From Rhodobacterales bacterium (GTDB lineage: Bacteria; Pseudomonadota; Alphaproteobacteria; Rhodobacterales; Rhodobacteraceae), in assembly GCA_038231395.1 (NCBI GenBank), contig JBBRLL010000004.1:980-64979 (forward strand): DNA of 64,000 nucleotides, in the 5' to 3' direction. Below, one piece after another: positions 26,086 through 35,151 of the stretch; position 1 is the stretch's first letter, and each line of letters begins with the position of its first letter. The position numbers were made by a program, and so were the translations under genes. A model generated the notes under the pieces. That model worked only from the letters and a program-made list of their open reading frames with translations, was not told the DNA's origin and did not search any database.

Positions 26086-27156
26086 GTGTCGGCCAGCCCT
26101 GAACGATTCGGAAATCCGGCTGTGCCGACGGGAAAAGCGGGGCCCTCTGCAGGTCACGATGCGCGGTCCGTTGCTGCGGCGCACCGCCTCTCTGTCGCCC
26201 CGATGATGGACTGGACCGACCGGCATTGCCGGGTCTTTCACCGTCAGATGACGCGACGGGCGATGCTGTATACAGAGATGGTGACCGCTGCCGCCGTTTT
26301 GCACGGTGACCGCGATCGGCTGCTGGGTTTTGCCGGGGTGGAGCATCCTGTGGCCCTGCAACTCGGCGGCTCTGATCCCGGCGCGCTTGCGGCGGCGGTG
26401 CGCGCCGCCGAACCCTTTGGATATGACGAAGTGAACCTGAACTGCGGTTGTCCGTCAGACCGGGTGCAATCGGGCTGCTTTGGCGCGGTCCTGATGGAGC
26501 GTCCGGCGCTGGTGGCCGACTGTGTAGCGGCGATGCGGGCGGAGACCGATGTGCCGGTGACGGTCAAATGCCGGATCGGGGTTGATGACCAGAACCCCGC
26601 CGACGCTTTGCCGCACTTTGTGGAAACCGTTGCCGGGGCAGGGGTGTCGCATTTCATCATCCATGCCCGCAAAGCCTGGTTGCAGGGCCTTTCGCCCAAG
26701 GAAAACCGCGAGATCCCGCCGCTTGATCACGCCCTCGTGCTACAGATGAAACGCCAGTTCCCGCAGCTGACCATCTGCCTCAACGGTGGGGTGACGACCT
26801 TGGCGCAGGCGAAAACGCTGCTGGATCAGGGTCTTGACGGTGTGATGGTCGGGCGCGCCGCCTATCATGACCCGGCCTCGATCCTGATTGGCGCGGATAG
26901 CTTGTGGGGTGACGATTTTGCGCCCGATGCCTTTGACGTGGTGACAGCGATGCGGCCCTATATCGACGCGCACCTGGCCGGGGGGGGGCGTCTGCACCAG
27001 ATCACCCGGCACATGTTGGGCCTTTTCACCGGGCGTCCCGGCGCGCGCGGCTGGCGGCGCGTGCTATCCGACGGCGCCAACCGCCCCGGTGCCGGGACCG
27101 ACCTGCTGCTGGAGGCCTTGGCGCAGGTTCAGGCCGCAGTCCGCTCCGCCGCCTGA
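26086..27156 (+). CDS. dusA: tRNA dihydrouridine(20/20a) synthase DusA
   Basis: RLSVAPMMDWTDRHCRVFHRQMTR..., LNCGCPSDRVQSG, TVKCRIGVDD. I chose GTG 26086 as the start because GGAGA lies 8 nt upstream. The ORF-track start at 25849 would add an implausible 79-aa extension. Confidence 0.85.
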   Translation: MSASPERFGNPAVPTGKAGPSAGHDARSVAAAHRLSVAPMMDWTDRHCRVFHRQMTRRAMLYTEMVTAAAVLHGDRDRLLGFAGVEHPVALQLGGSDPGALAAAVRAAEPFGYDEVNLNCGCPSDRVQSGCFGAVLMERPALVADCVAAMRAETDVPVTVKCRIGVDDQNPADALPHFVETVAGAGVSHFIIHARKAWLQGLSPKENREIPPLDHALVLQMKRQFPQLTICLNGGVTTLAQAKTLLDQGLDGVMVGRAAYHDPASILIGADSLWGDDFAPDAFDVVTAMRPYIDAHLAGGGRLHQITRHMLGLFTGRPGARGWRRVLSDGANRPGAGTDLLLEALAQVQAAVRSAA

Positions 27157-27227
27157 GGGCAACTTGGCATGAGGTGGACGTTGGCTGGCGTTCTGCGTCT
27201 GCAACACCCGCAACTCGGGGTCTCCGT

Positions 27228-28436
27228 TCAGGACGCGTTTGCCATCTGACCGGACCCCGCCGTGGGTTTTGGTACCACCAGCGTCAAAACCAAAGTCACC
27301 AAAGCGGCAAAAGCAATGCCGCCGATCATTGGCGTCGGACTGGCCCCAAGCCACGGTCCAAGTGCCACCACCAGCATGCCGCCGACCAGCATCTGCAACG
27401 TGCCGCCCAAGGACGAGGCCAACCCGGCCTTGTCGCCCTGATCGTCCAGCGCCATCACCATGGTGGCGGGGATGATCAGCCCAAGGCAGCTGTTGCCCAA
27501 CGCCAGCCCGATGATGCAGGTGGCAAGCCCAACTTGCCCGGCCAAAGCCAGCGCGAACAACCCGCAGGTTGCCACCGCAAAGCCAAGGCTCGCCCATTTC
27601 AGCACTGTCATATTGCCAAAACGCACGACCGCCTTGCTGGCCCCTTGGCTTGCCCCGATGAAGGCCATCGCGTTGACCGCAAAGGCCAGAGAGAACTCGG
27701 TAGAGGTCAGTCCGAACCCCTGTTGATAGACATAGGACGCCGCCGCCAGAAAAATGAAGAAGCTGCCAAACCCGAAAGCGCCAATCAGCGTCAGCAGCAT
27801 GAAGGTCTTGTCCAGAAACAACGCGCCGCAGCCCCGCAGCAGGAAGCCCATGTTGAACGGGCGTCGGTTGGTTGGGCTTAACGTCTCGGGTTGTGCGAAG
27901 GCCAGCAGGGCGAGGCTTGCGACAGAGGCGACCAGCAGGGCCGCAAATATTCCACGCCAGCCGGTGATGACCAGCAACGCAGAGCCTGCCAATGGGGCCA
28001 GCATCGGCGAGACGGAAAAGACCAGAAACAGCCGCGACATCATCCGCGTTGCATCTGCGCCGGTCATCATGTCGCGCACGATGGCACGGGGCACGACGCC
28101 CAAAGCAGCCCCGCCCAACCCCTGCACAAACCGTCCGGCGATCAGCCCCGTCGCACTTTGCGCGGTCAGGCACAGCAGGGTGCCCAATACGAACATCCCG
28201 ATCCCGGCATAAAGCGGCAGCTTGCGACCGGACTGATCCGCCCATGGCCCATAAAACATCTGTGCCACGCCGAAAGCGGCGAAATAGGCGGTGATCGTGC
28301 TTTGCATCAGTTGAGGCGAGGCGGCAAGCGCGTCGCCAATCACCGGCATGGCCGGCAGATACATGTCGATCGCAAACGGACCGAGACAGGACAAAAGCCC
28401 CAGAATCAGGGCGGGGCGGGCCAATGAGCCGGACAT
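27228..28436 (-). CDS. MFS transporter, Bcr/CflA-type drug-efflux family
   Basis: 12 predicted TM segments. N-terminal LGPFAIDMYLPAMPVIG and GRKLPLYAG motifs are typical of Bcr/CflA. Confidence 0.8.
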   Translation of the reverse strand: MSGSLARPALILGLLSCLGPFAIDMYLPAMPVIGDALAASPQLMQSTITAYFAAFGVAQMFYGPWADQSGRKLPLYAGIGMFVLGTLLCLTAQSATGLIAGRFVQGLGGAALGVVPRAIVRDMMTGADATRMMSRLFLVFSVSPMLAPLAGSALLVITGWRGIFAALLVASVASLALLAFAQPETLSPTNRRPFNMGFLLRGCGALFLDKTFMLLTLIGAFGFGSFFIFLAAASYVYQQGFGLTSTEFSLAFAVNAMAFIGASQGASKAVVRFGNMTVLKWASLGFAVATCGLFALALAGQVGLATCIIGLALGNSCLGLIIPATMVMALDDQGDKAGLASSLGGTLQMLVGGMLVVALGPWLGASPTPMIGGIAFAALVTLVLTLVVPKPTAGSGQMANAS

Positions 28437-28563
28437 GAATAACCTTTCGAATGGGATCGGCCTTTGCTAACGCCCGGGCAAAGGAAGGGCAAGTCCGCAA
28501 AAGTTCTGGCACTGGCCCTTTTGCTGCGTCGCGGCTAATCTTGTGAACAAGCCGTGTGAGGTG

Positions 28564-29382
28564 ATGATGGACTACGCAACCCTTTTGCCGATGTTTGTGC
28601 TCTTGTTGGCCATTGGCGCGGCCACCGGGGTCATTGCGGGCCTGTTGGGCGTGGGCGGTGGCATCGTTCTGGTGCCGGCCTTCTTCTATCTGTTCGGCAA
28701 GCTTGGCTTCGGGTCTGAGCATATCATGCAAATCTCCATCGGGACGTCGGCTGCCACCATCGTGGTCACCTCAATCCGCTCGGTCCTTTTGCACAACAAG
28801 AAGGGCGCGGTGGATTGGGGGATTTTGCAAAGCTGGGCACCGTTTCTGGTGTTTGGCTCGATCCTGGGGGTGGCCGCGGCCTATTCGCTGTCGACCACCA
28901 CTCTGAAAGCGATCTTTGGCGGTCTGGCGATGTTGGCCGGGCTTTACATGGCGTTTGGCAGGGCTGACTGGCGGCTGGACACTCAGATGCCGCAAAACCC
29001 GGTGCGGGGGGTCGAGGCTACGATTCTTGCATTCTTCTCGACCCTGATGGGCATCGGGGGCGGGACCTTTGGCGTGCCCCTGATGACGTTGTACGGGTTG
29101 CCGATCCACCGCGCTGTGGCCACGGCTTCGGGGTTTGGCGTGCTGATCTCGGTGCCCTCGCTGGTGGGATTTCTGTTTCTGTCGGTGCCCGACGCGCCGC
29201 CCCTGTCGATTGGCGCGGTCAGCCTGCCGGCCTTTGTGGTGATTATCCCGATGACCCTGCTGACCACGCCCTATGGCGTCAGGCTGGCCCATGCAATGGA
29301 CCCCAAACCGCTTAAACGCGCCTTCGCCATCTTCATCACCCTCGTTGGCGCCAATATGTTGCGCAAGGCGGTGGGGCTGTGA
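28564..29382 (+). CDS. TauE/SafE (TSUP) family anion-exporter-like membrane protein
   Basis: Duplicated 4-TM architecture. LLGVGGGIVLVPAFF and LMGIGGGTFGVPLM motifs. Confidence 0.8.
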   Translation: MMDYATLLPMFVLLLAIGAATGVIAGLLGVGGGIVLVPAFFYLFGKLGFGSEHIMQISIGTSAATIVVTSIRSVLLHNKKGAVDWGILQSWAPFLVFGSILGVAAAYSLSTTTLKAIFGGLAMLAGLYMAFGRADWRLDTQMPQNPVRGVEATILAFFSTLMGIGGGTFGVPLMTLYGLPIHRAVATASGFGVLISVPSLVGFLFLSVPDAPPLSIGAVSLPAFVVIIPMTLLTTPYGVRLAHAMDPKPLKRAFAIFITLVGANMLRKAVGL

Positions 29383-29533
29383 AAGCGGGTCGGGTCCTGA
29401 AATCGGGTGGAGCTGTAAACGCGGTCAAGGGTGTGAAAAGGGGGAGGCTGTGAAGGCGGGAGGGGCTGTGCAGACGGCTAGGTTTGTGAATTCGGGTGGG
29501 GTTCTCATCGGAGCGGGATTGTGAAAGGCCAAG
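29365..29533 (+). repeat. About 9 degenerate 17-18-nt tandem copies of the tauE-like gene terminus/junction (consensus aRgcgggtNgggctGTGA)
   Basis: In the tauE frame: AAG GCG GTG GGG CTG TGA | AAG CGG GTC GGG TCC TGA | AAT CGG GTG GAG CTG TAA | ACG CGG TCA AGG GTG TGA | then five more copies. The last copy ends in GTGA, and its GTG (29521) starts the next ORF. Confidence 0.8.
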
Positions 29534-30285
29534 CAAGCCTCAGCCTGTCGTCAACCGGCTGGCAGCGTCTTGGCCCGACGCCCGGCATCTCCGGCTGGGC
29601 TTCGGCCGCATTGCCCTTGGCGATAGACGCCCTGCAAACCACGCCCGAGCCTTTGCGCTGTGGTGGGACCTGGGCCGTCGGGCTGGACCTGCTGCCGAAC
29701 GATGCAAATGGGCGGATCGGCGGCGTTGATCTGCCGTGGGCCGACCTTGGCCTGACCCCGCAACCCTTGCACAGGGCGCAGCTGTCGGCCATCTATCCCG
29801 GCTACCCGCAACCCTCGCCCGACGAAACCGCCGCTGCCTTCACCTTCCGCCGCACCCGCGACGCCGCCCATCTTGACGGGCTTTTGCCGATAGGACCGAA
29901 CAGACAGCGGATGGTCAAAGAACCGCACGCGTGGATTGTTGGCATGACGCTAACCCCCGGCACCGCCGCCCCTTTGGTGGTGTGGGAGGGCAGCCATGAC
30001 ATCTTGCGCGCCGCGTTGACGCAGGCCCTCGCGCCGCATCCGCCCGAGACTTGGGGGCAGATCGACGTGACCGAACCCTACGCAGAAGCCCGCCGCCAGA
30101 TATTTGACACCTGCCGCCGCATTGAATTGCCCAGCCACCCCGGAGAGGCCATTCTTCTGCACCGCCTGACCCTGCACGGTGTTGCGCCTTGGGCCAAGGA
30201 TGCAAAGGCCTCGCCGGAAGGCCGCATCATCGCCTATTTCCGCCCGCTGTTACCTTCGGTGCAGGACTGGCTGACCAATCCCTGA
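29521..30285 (+). CDS. Hypothetical protein, possibly of the Fe(II)/2-oxoglutarate (PhyH-like) dioxygenase fold
   Basis: High GC3 and coding-like. Possible H-x-D (AAHLDG) and distal His (LHRLTLHGVAP). No confident family call without a profile search. Confidence 0.45.
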   Translation: MKGQASLSLSSTGWQRLGPTPGISGWASAALPLAIDALQTTPEPLRCGGTWAVGLDLLPNDANGRIGGVDLPWADLGLTPQPLHRAQLSAIYPGYPQPSPDETAAAFTFRRTRDAAHLDGLLPIGPNRQRMVKEPHAWIVGMTLTPGTAAPLVVWEGSHDILRAALTQALAPHPPETWGQIDVTEPYAEARRQIFDTCRRIELPSHPGEAILLHRLTLHGVAPWAKDAKASPEGRIIAYFRPLLPSVQDWLTNP

Positions 30286-30435
30286 CCCCGGTTTCCTTGT
30301 GTCATGTGCGGCGCATAGGCCGGGCGGGTGGCAGATGAAAGTCCCAGGCGAGAACAGCTCCCGCTTAGGGGACGATGCCGAGCGTCCTGCGATATGCGCG
30401 CGGTTGGCAGGGTGTCCTGCAAGGTTGCGGCCAAC

Positions 30436-31008
30436 CTACTGGCGCAAAACCATCTTGTCCCCGGCAATCGTGATCTGAAAGCGGCCCAGATACTCCATCC
30501 CCAACAGCGAAATATCCATCGGCGCTTTGTTGACCGATGCGCCGAGGCTATCCTCGTGAAACGGCCCGAACGCCACGTTCGGCAAAGACACCCGCGCCGT
30601 GCGCACCATGCCATTCGCCGTCGAAGCCTCGCCGATATAGGCCAGACTGTCAGGATCAATCCCGACCCGTTTGGCGTCCTGCGGCGTCAACACGACCGAG
30701 GAGGCCCCGGTGTCGGCCATGAATGTCACCGTCACCCCGTTGATTGCCACCTGCGCATAATAGTGCCCGTCCGGCGCGCGCGGCAGGGTGACCTCTGCCG
30801 TCCCGGAGTGTTGGCTGGGCCGAAAACCGCGCTGAATGTCACCCCAAAGCCCGTAAACCGCCATCAAACCCAGCAAAATCATCATCCAGGCCAAGGCCAT
30901 CTTCAGGGTCCGGCTGAAATTGCGCCGCAGTTCCACCAGCGCCCAGCCCGACAAAGCCACGGCCAGAAGCCCCACATAAACCATCTGCATCACGGTGTCG
31001 GTTGACAT
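30436..31008 (-). CDS. Membrane-anchored retropepsin-like (clan AA, TIGR02281-type) aspartic protease
   Basis: N-terminal TM segments (MQMVYVGLLAVALSGWALV, LAWMMILLGLMAVYGLW), then HYYAQVAINGVTVTFMADTGASSVVLT with the DTGA catalytic motif. I trimmed the start from 31227. Confidence 0.8.
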   Translation of the reverse strand: MSTDTVMQMVYVGLLAVALSGWALVELRRNFSRTLKMALAWMMILLGLMAVYGLWGDIQRGFRPSQHSGTAEVTLPRAPDGHYYAQVAINGVTVTFMADTGASSVVLTPQDAKRVGIDPDSLAYIGEASTANGMVRTARVSLPNVAFGPFHEDSLGASVNKAPMDISLLGMEYLGRFQITIAGDKMVLRQ

Positions 31009-31637
31009 TACGAGGCCGTGCCAAGGCTCAACAATCCGGTCCCCTTGATGCCGTCCAGAACGAATTGCACCGCCAAAGCCGCCAAAAGCATGCCCAGAAG
31101 CCGGGTGATCACGATGGTGCCGGTGCGACCCAACAGCCGCTCTATCGGTGGGGCGGCCAACAGAAATATGAAGGTCGCCACCATCATCGCCCCCATCAGC
31201 CCAAGCACCGCCAGCTTGATTGTCCAATCCGGCCCGGCCTTGCCCATCAACAGGATCATCGAGGCAATCGCCCCCGGCCCGGCAATCAGCGGTATGGCGA
31301 GGGGGAAGACCGAGGGGTCATGGTCAGGGTCGGCGTGCTGCCCCTCACGCCGTTGGGTGCGGCGTTCAAACAACATGTCGAGCGCGGTCAGAAACAACAA
31401 AAGCCCACCAGCGATGCAGAACGCCGGCATCGAGATGCCGACAAAGCCCAGCAAGGCTTCACCCAGAATGCCGAACAATGTCAGCAGGATAAAGGCAATG
31501 ATGCAGGCCCTGCGTGCCATCGCCGTCCGCCGCTCTGATGCCATCCCTTGGGTCAGCGCAATGAACAAAGGCACCAGACCGGGCGGGTCGATGACCACGA
31601 ACAGGGTGGCGAATGCGGTGATCAGAAAGGGCGTCAT
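31008..31637 (-). CDS. MarC-family (UPF0056) integral membrane protein
   Basis: MTPFLITAFATLFVVIDPPGLVPLFIALT is a typical MarC N-terminus. Its stop overlaps the protease start by 1 nt (TAATG). Confidence 0.8.
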   Translation of the reverse strand: MTPFLITAFATLFVVIDPPGLVPLFIALTQGMASERRTAMARRACIIAFILLTLFGILGEALLGFVGISMPAFCIAGGLLLFLTALDMLFERRTQRREGQHADPDHDPSVFPLAIPLIAGPGAIASMILLMGKAGPDWTIKLAVLGLMGAMMVATFIFLLAAPPIERLLGRTGTIVITRLLGMLLAALAVQFVLDGIKGTGLLSLGTAS

Positions 31638-31722
31638 GCGGCCACAGTCGGGGTTTTGCCGGTTGCGGTCAATGAGGATCAAGCGGCAAATTCTTCGCCC
31701 GTGTGACGCCCTTTGACCGGAC

Positions 31723-33576
31723 TTAAGCCGCCTGCGCCTGTTCCAGCTTTTCCGACGCCGTAACCCACATCGCCTCGGCGCGGTCCAGCGCGTCCATCAC
31801 CTCGGCGTATTTGCGGTTCCAGGTTTCCAGTTCGCCAATCCGGGCTGTCTCATACAATTCAGGATCGGCGAGCTTTTTGGCCAGTTTGTCGCGCATGTCG
31901 TTGATCTTTTCCAGCCGCTCTTCCGATTTGCGAACTTCGGCGCGCAGGGCCAAAAGATCATCCCGGCTGAGCTTCTTCGGTTTTTCAACGGCTTTGGCTG
32001 CGGGTTTTTCAGTTTCTTCGCCGGCCAGCAGTTGCCTGCGATAGGCGTCAAGGTCGTCGGTGTAGGGCGTCACGGCGCCACCCTTGACCAGCCACAACCG
32101 GTCGGCAACCAGCCCCAACAGGTGCATGTCGTGGCTGACCAGAACCACCGCACCTTTGTATTGCGTCAATGCCTCCACCAAAGCCTCGCGGCTTTCGATA
32201 TCAAGGTGGTTGGTCGGTTCGTCCAAAATCAGCAGATGCGGCGCTTCGATGGTGGCCAACAGCAGGGAAAGCCGGGCCTTTTGACCACCCGAAAGCCGCC
32301 CGACAGCGGTTTCGGCCTGATCGGGACCAAGGCCGAAACCCGCCAGACGTGCGCGCAGCCGGGCCTGCTGCTCCAGCGGTTTGACGCGCAGGATGTGCTG
32401 CAACGGCGTCTCGTCGATGTGCAACTCGTCCACCTGATGCTGGGCAAAATAGCCGATGCGCAGCTTGGAGGACCGGGTGATCTTGCCATCCGACGCTTGC
32501 AGTTTCCCGGCCAGCAGCTTGGACAGCGTCGATTTGCCCTGTCCGTTGCGGCCGAGCAAAGCGATCCGGTCATCCTGATCAATCCGCAGGTTCAGCTTTT
32601 TCAGGATCGGCGGCCCGCCATACCCCACGGCGCACGCGTCCATGTTGATGATCGGCGGGGCGAGTTCCTCGGGTTCAGGGAAAGTGAACACCACCTGACG
32701 CGCCTCTTCCGGTGGGGTGATCAGCGTCATTTTTTCCAGCATCTTGACGCGGGATTGCGCCTGTGCGGCTTTGGAGGCTTTGGCTTTGAAGCGGTCAACG
32801 AAGCTTTGCAGATGGGCGCGGCGGGTGTCTTGCTTGCGCGCTTCGGCCACCTGATTGGCGCGGCGTTCGGCCAGCTGGCGCGCGAACTGATCGTAGGGCC
32901 CGTTCCACAGCGTCAGCTTTTTTTGATCCAGATGCAGGATCGCGCCGACCGCCCGGTTCAAAAGCCCGCGGTCGTGGCTGATGATTAACACGGTGTGAGG
33001 ATATTTTTGCAGATAGCTTTCCAGCCACAAAGCGCCTTCAAGGTCCAGATAGTTGGTCGGTTCGTCCAGCAAAAGGTAATCCGGCTGCGCAAACAAAACC
33101 CCTGCCAAAGCCACCCGCATCCGCCAGCCGCCGGAAAAATCCGAGCATGGCCGCCGCTGCGCCTCTGGTTCAAAGCCCAAGCCGCGCAGGATAGAGGCGG
33201 CACGGGCCTCCGCACTCCACGCGTCAATGTCGTTCAACCGGGCCTGAATGTCAGCGATGCGGTGGGCGTCATGCGCGGTCTCTGCCTCGGCCATCAAAGC
33301 CGCGCGTTCGGTATCCGCTGCCAGAACGGTGTCAATCAGCGACACATCCGAGCCGGGAACCTCTTGCGCCACGCCACCAATCCGTGCCCGGTTCGGCATG
33401 GCGATAATGCCACCTTCCAGCGCCAACTCGCCCTTGATGATGCGAAAGAGCGTGGTCTTGCCCGCGCCATTGCGACCAACGATGCCAACCTTGTGCCCGG
33501 TGGGAATCGTGGCAGAGGCGCCCTCGAACAGGGGGCGGCCTTCGACGGCGTAGGTGATGTTTTCAATTTTCAGCAT
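31723..33576 (-). CDS. ABC-F family ATPase (two ABC cassettes, no TMD)
   Basis: GRNGAGKTT ... LSGGWRMRVALAG ... LLLDEPTNYLD, then GRNGQGKST ... LSGGQKARLSL ... LILDEPTNHLD. K/E-rich coiled-coil C-terminal tail. Confidence 0.9.
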   Translation of the reverse strand: MLKIENITYAVEGRPLFEGASATIPTGHKVGIVGRNGAGKTTLFRIIKGELALEGGIIAMPNRARIGGVAQEVPGSDVSLIDTVLAADTERAALMAEAETAHDAHRIADIQARLNDIDAWSAEARAASILRGLGFEPEAQRRPCSDFSGGWRMRVALAGVLFAQPDYLLLDEPTNYLDLEGALWLESYLQKYPHTVLIISHDRGLLNRAVGAILHLDQKKLTLWNGPYDQFARQLAERRANQVAEARKQDTRRAHLQSFVDRFKAKASKAAQAQSRVKMLEKMTLITPPEEARQVVFTFPEPEELAPPIINMDACAVGYGGPPILKKLNLRIDQDDRIALLGRNGQGKSTLSKLLAGKLQASDGKITRSSKLRIGYFAQHQVDELHIDETPLQHILRVKPLEQQARLRARLAGFGLGPDQAETAVGRLSGGQKARLSLLLATIEAPHLLILDEPTNHLDIESREALVEALTQYKGAVVLVSHDMHLLGLVADRLWLVKGGAVTPYTDDLDAYRRQLLAGEETEKPAAKAVEKPKKLSRDDLLALRAEVRKSEERLEKINDMRDKLAKKLADPELYETARIGELETWNRKYAEVMDALDRAEAMWVTASEKLEQAQAA

Positions 33577-33870
33577 GCGCAGGGCCTTGCCCTAAGGCGG
33601 GTCCGGGGTCAAGCGGGGAAGGGGTGGGAAACCGGGAGGCGGGCGTGAAGATTGCTGTAGTTTCGCGCGGTTCGGATGATTGCAGCGGTCTATGATGCGG
33701 ATTTTAGCAGCGTAGAAATCGAACTCCTTGCCGAATACGGTGCTTAATTGGCCCGGATCGCCGGGGCTTGGATGGAAATGCCGGGCTGGAAATTACCGTT
33801 AGGACCGATCGCTTGGTCAAAGTGCTGACCTTAGCTGCCACCGGTTTGCAAGCTTTGGCAAAAGCCCCGC

Positions 33871-35025
33871 TCACATCAAATTCTGCGCCCGAAGCCGGTT
33901 TTCCAAAGTGCGGCGCAGCTTGATCAGGAAGGGGCCGGAGGGGCGCAGCTCTAACGCGGCGGTGACCAGACGGTAGGCGGATTTGGGCGCGCTATGCTCC
34001 AAAGCAATGGCCGCTGTGCGCAAATCTTCCACGGTCAGCACGGAAGGAAAACTGCGGTCCCGGGTCAGGGCCCGGATCACCGAGGTCATCACACCGTCAA
34101 CCTCGGGCGGGTTCCATCCATCAGATGCGGTGTCGGGGTAGTCGTCAAAGTCATCGGGAAAGAGGTCAGGAAAGGTCGAAATCCCCAGCCGGGCGTTCAG
34201 ACGACGGTTGCTGTCGCGGTAGGGGTCCAGAAACGCCTTGGCTTGAGCCACCGAGGGCAACAGCCGATCCGTCGTGGCAGGCAAAGCGTCCAGCAAGGCG
34301 GTGGTCACCACGTCATTTGCCAGCAACCCATTGGCGATATGACCAATTTTCGCTTCGACCCGGCCAAGGGCTGCGTTGGCGTCAGGCCGCCGGTCCAGCC
34401 CGCCATGATCAATGCCCATCACACCCAGCAGGTCGGTTACGATATCGCCACCCTGCAACAACGCACGGTCGAACAGCCGCACGGTCACATTCTTGGTCCC
34501 AAAGGCATTTTCCCAACGGCCGATGCGCCGGTCATAGTCGAGGTAAAGCTGATGGTGGGCGGCTGGCAATGGCAATGCCGTCAGCGCATGGCCCCAAAGT
34601 TGCCCTTCCAGCGGACGGTCCGGCCGCGCGCCTTCCAGATGGTGCGAGATGGCGTGGCGGTCTTGCCGGCGCAGGTAGGCCACAATGCGAATGTCATCAA
34701 ACTGCGGTTTGAGCGCCGCCGCCAGATCATCGACCGCGTCCTGATGGAAGAAGAACGAGAAATTCTCTGACGAGCCGAAGACATGATCGGTTTCGCAATG
34801 CGCCAGATCATGTGCCAGAACCGCAGGGTCGCGCACCCGGTAGCCATCCGGAATCGGCGCATCGCGGTTGACCCAGTCAAGGTAGCTGTGCAGATGCGGC
34901 AGGCCGCTGCCTTCTAACAGGCTCAAACCCCGGTCTCGCAGCAGACGGGCATTTTGCATCAAGGTCCATTGCACGGACGTGGTGCCGGTCTTGTGAGAAC
35001 CTATGTGGAGGGTCAGGCGTTTCAT
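33871..35025 (-). CDS. Hypothetical protein with a sulfotransferase-like P-loop fold
   Basis: N-terminal HIGSHKTGTTSVQ resembles the PAPS 5'-phosphosulfate-binding loop. AYLRRQDRHAISH resembles the 3'-phosphate-binding motif. No signal peptide. Confidence 0.45.
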   Translation of the reverse strand: MKRLTLHIGSHKTGTTSVQWTLMQNARLLRDRGLSLLEGSGLPHLHSYLDWVNRDAPIPDGYRVRDPAVLAHDLAHCETDHVFGSSENFSFFFHQDAVDDLAAALKPQFDDIRIVAYLRRQDRHAISHHLEGARPDRPLEGQLWGHALTALPLPAAHHQLYLDYDRRIGRWENAFGTKNVTVRLFDRALLQGGDIVTDLLGVMGIDHGGLDRRPDANAALGRVEAKIGHIANGLLANDVVTTALLDALPATTDRLLPSVAQAKAFLDPYRDSNRRLNARLGISTFPDLFPDDFDDYPDTASDGWNPPEVDGVMTSVIRALTRDRSFPSVLTVEDLRTAAIALEHSAPKSAYRLVTAALELRPSGPFLIKLRRTLENRLRAQNLM

Positions 35026-35151
35026 GCAGGTCTGTCGCTAATTCCAAAATCGTTGTCGCCGCAAACCGAATTAAATCGACGGGCAGCCGGAAGACTAAGG
35101 TCATCCGGGTGCCTTCGCAACCCGAACGCTGTTGGATTTAACCGAAGGCTG

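Noticed and set aside
29365-29533. Possible CRISPR arrays at the tandem-repeat loci (also 15063-15225 and 38044-38151).
   Set aside because: The units are only 12-18 nt and directly abut each other with no unique spacers. The copies are degenerate, and there are no cas genes or leader in the window.
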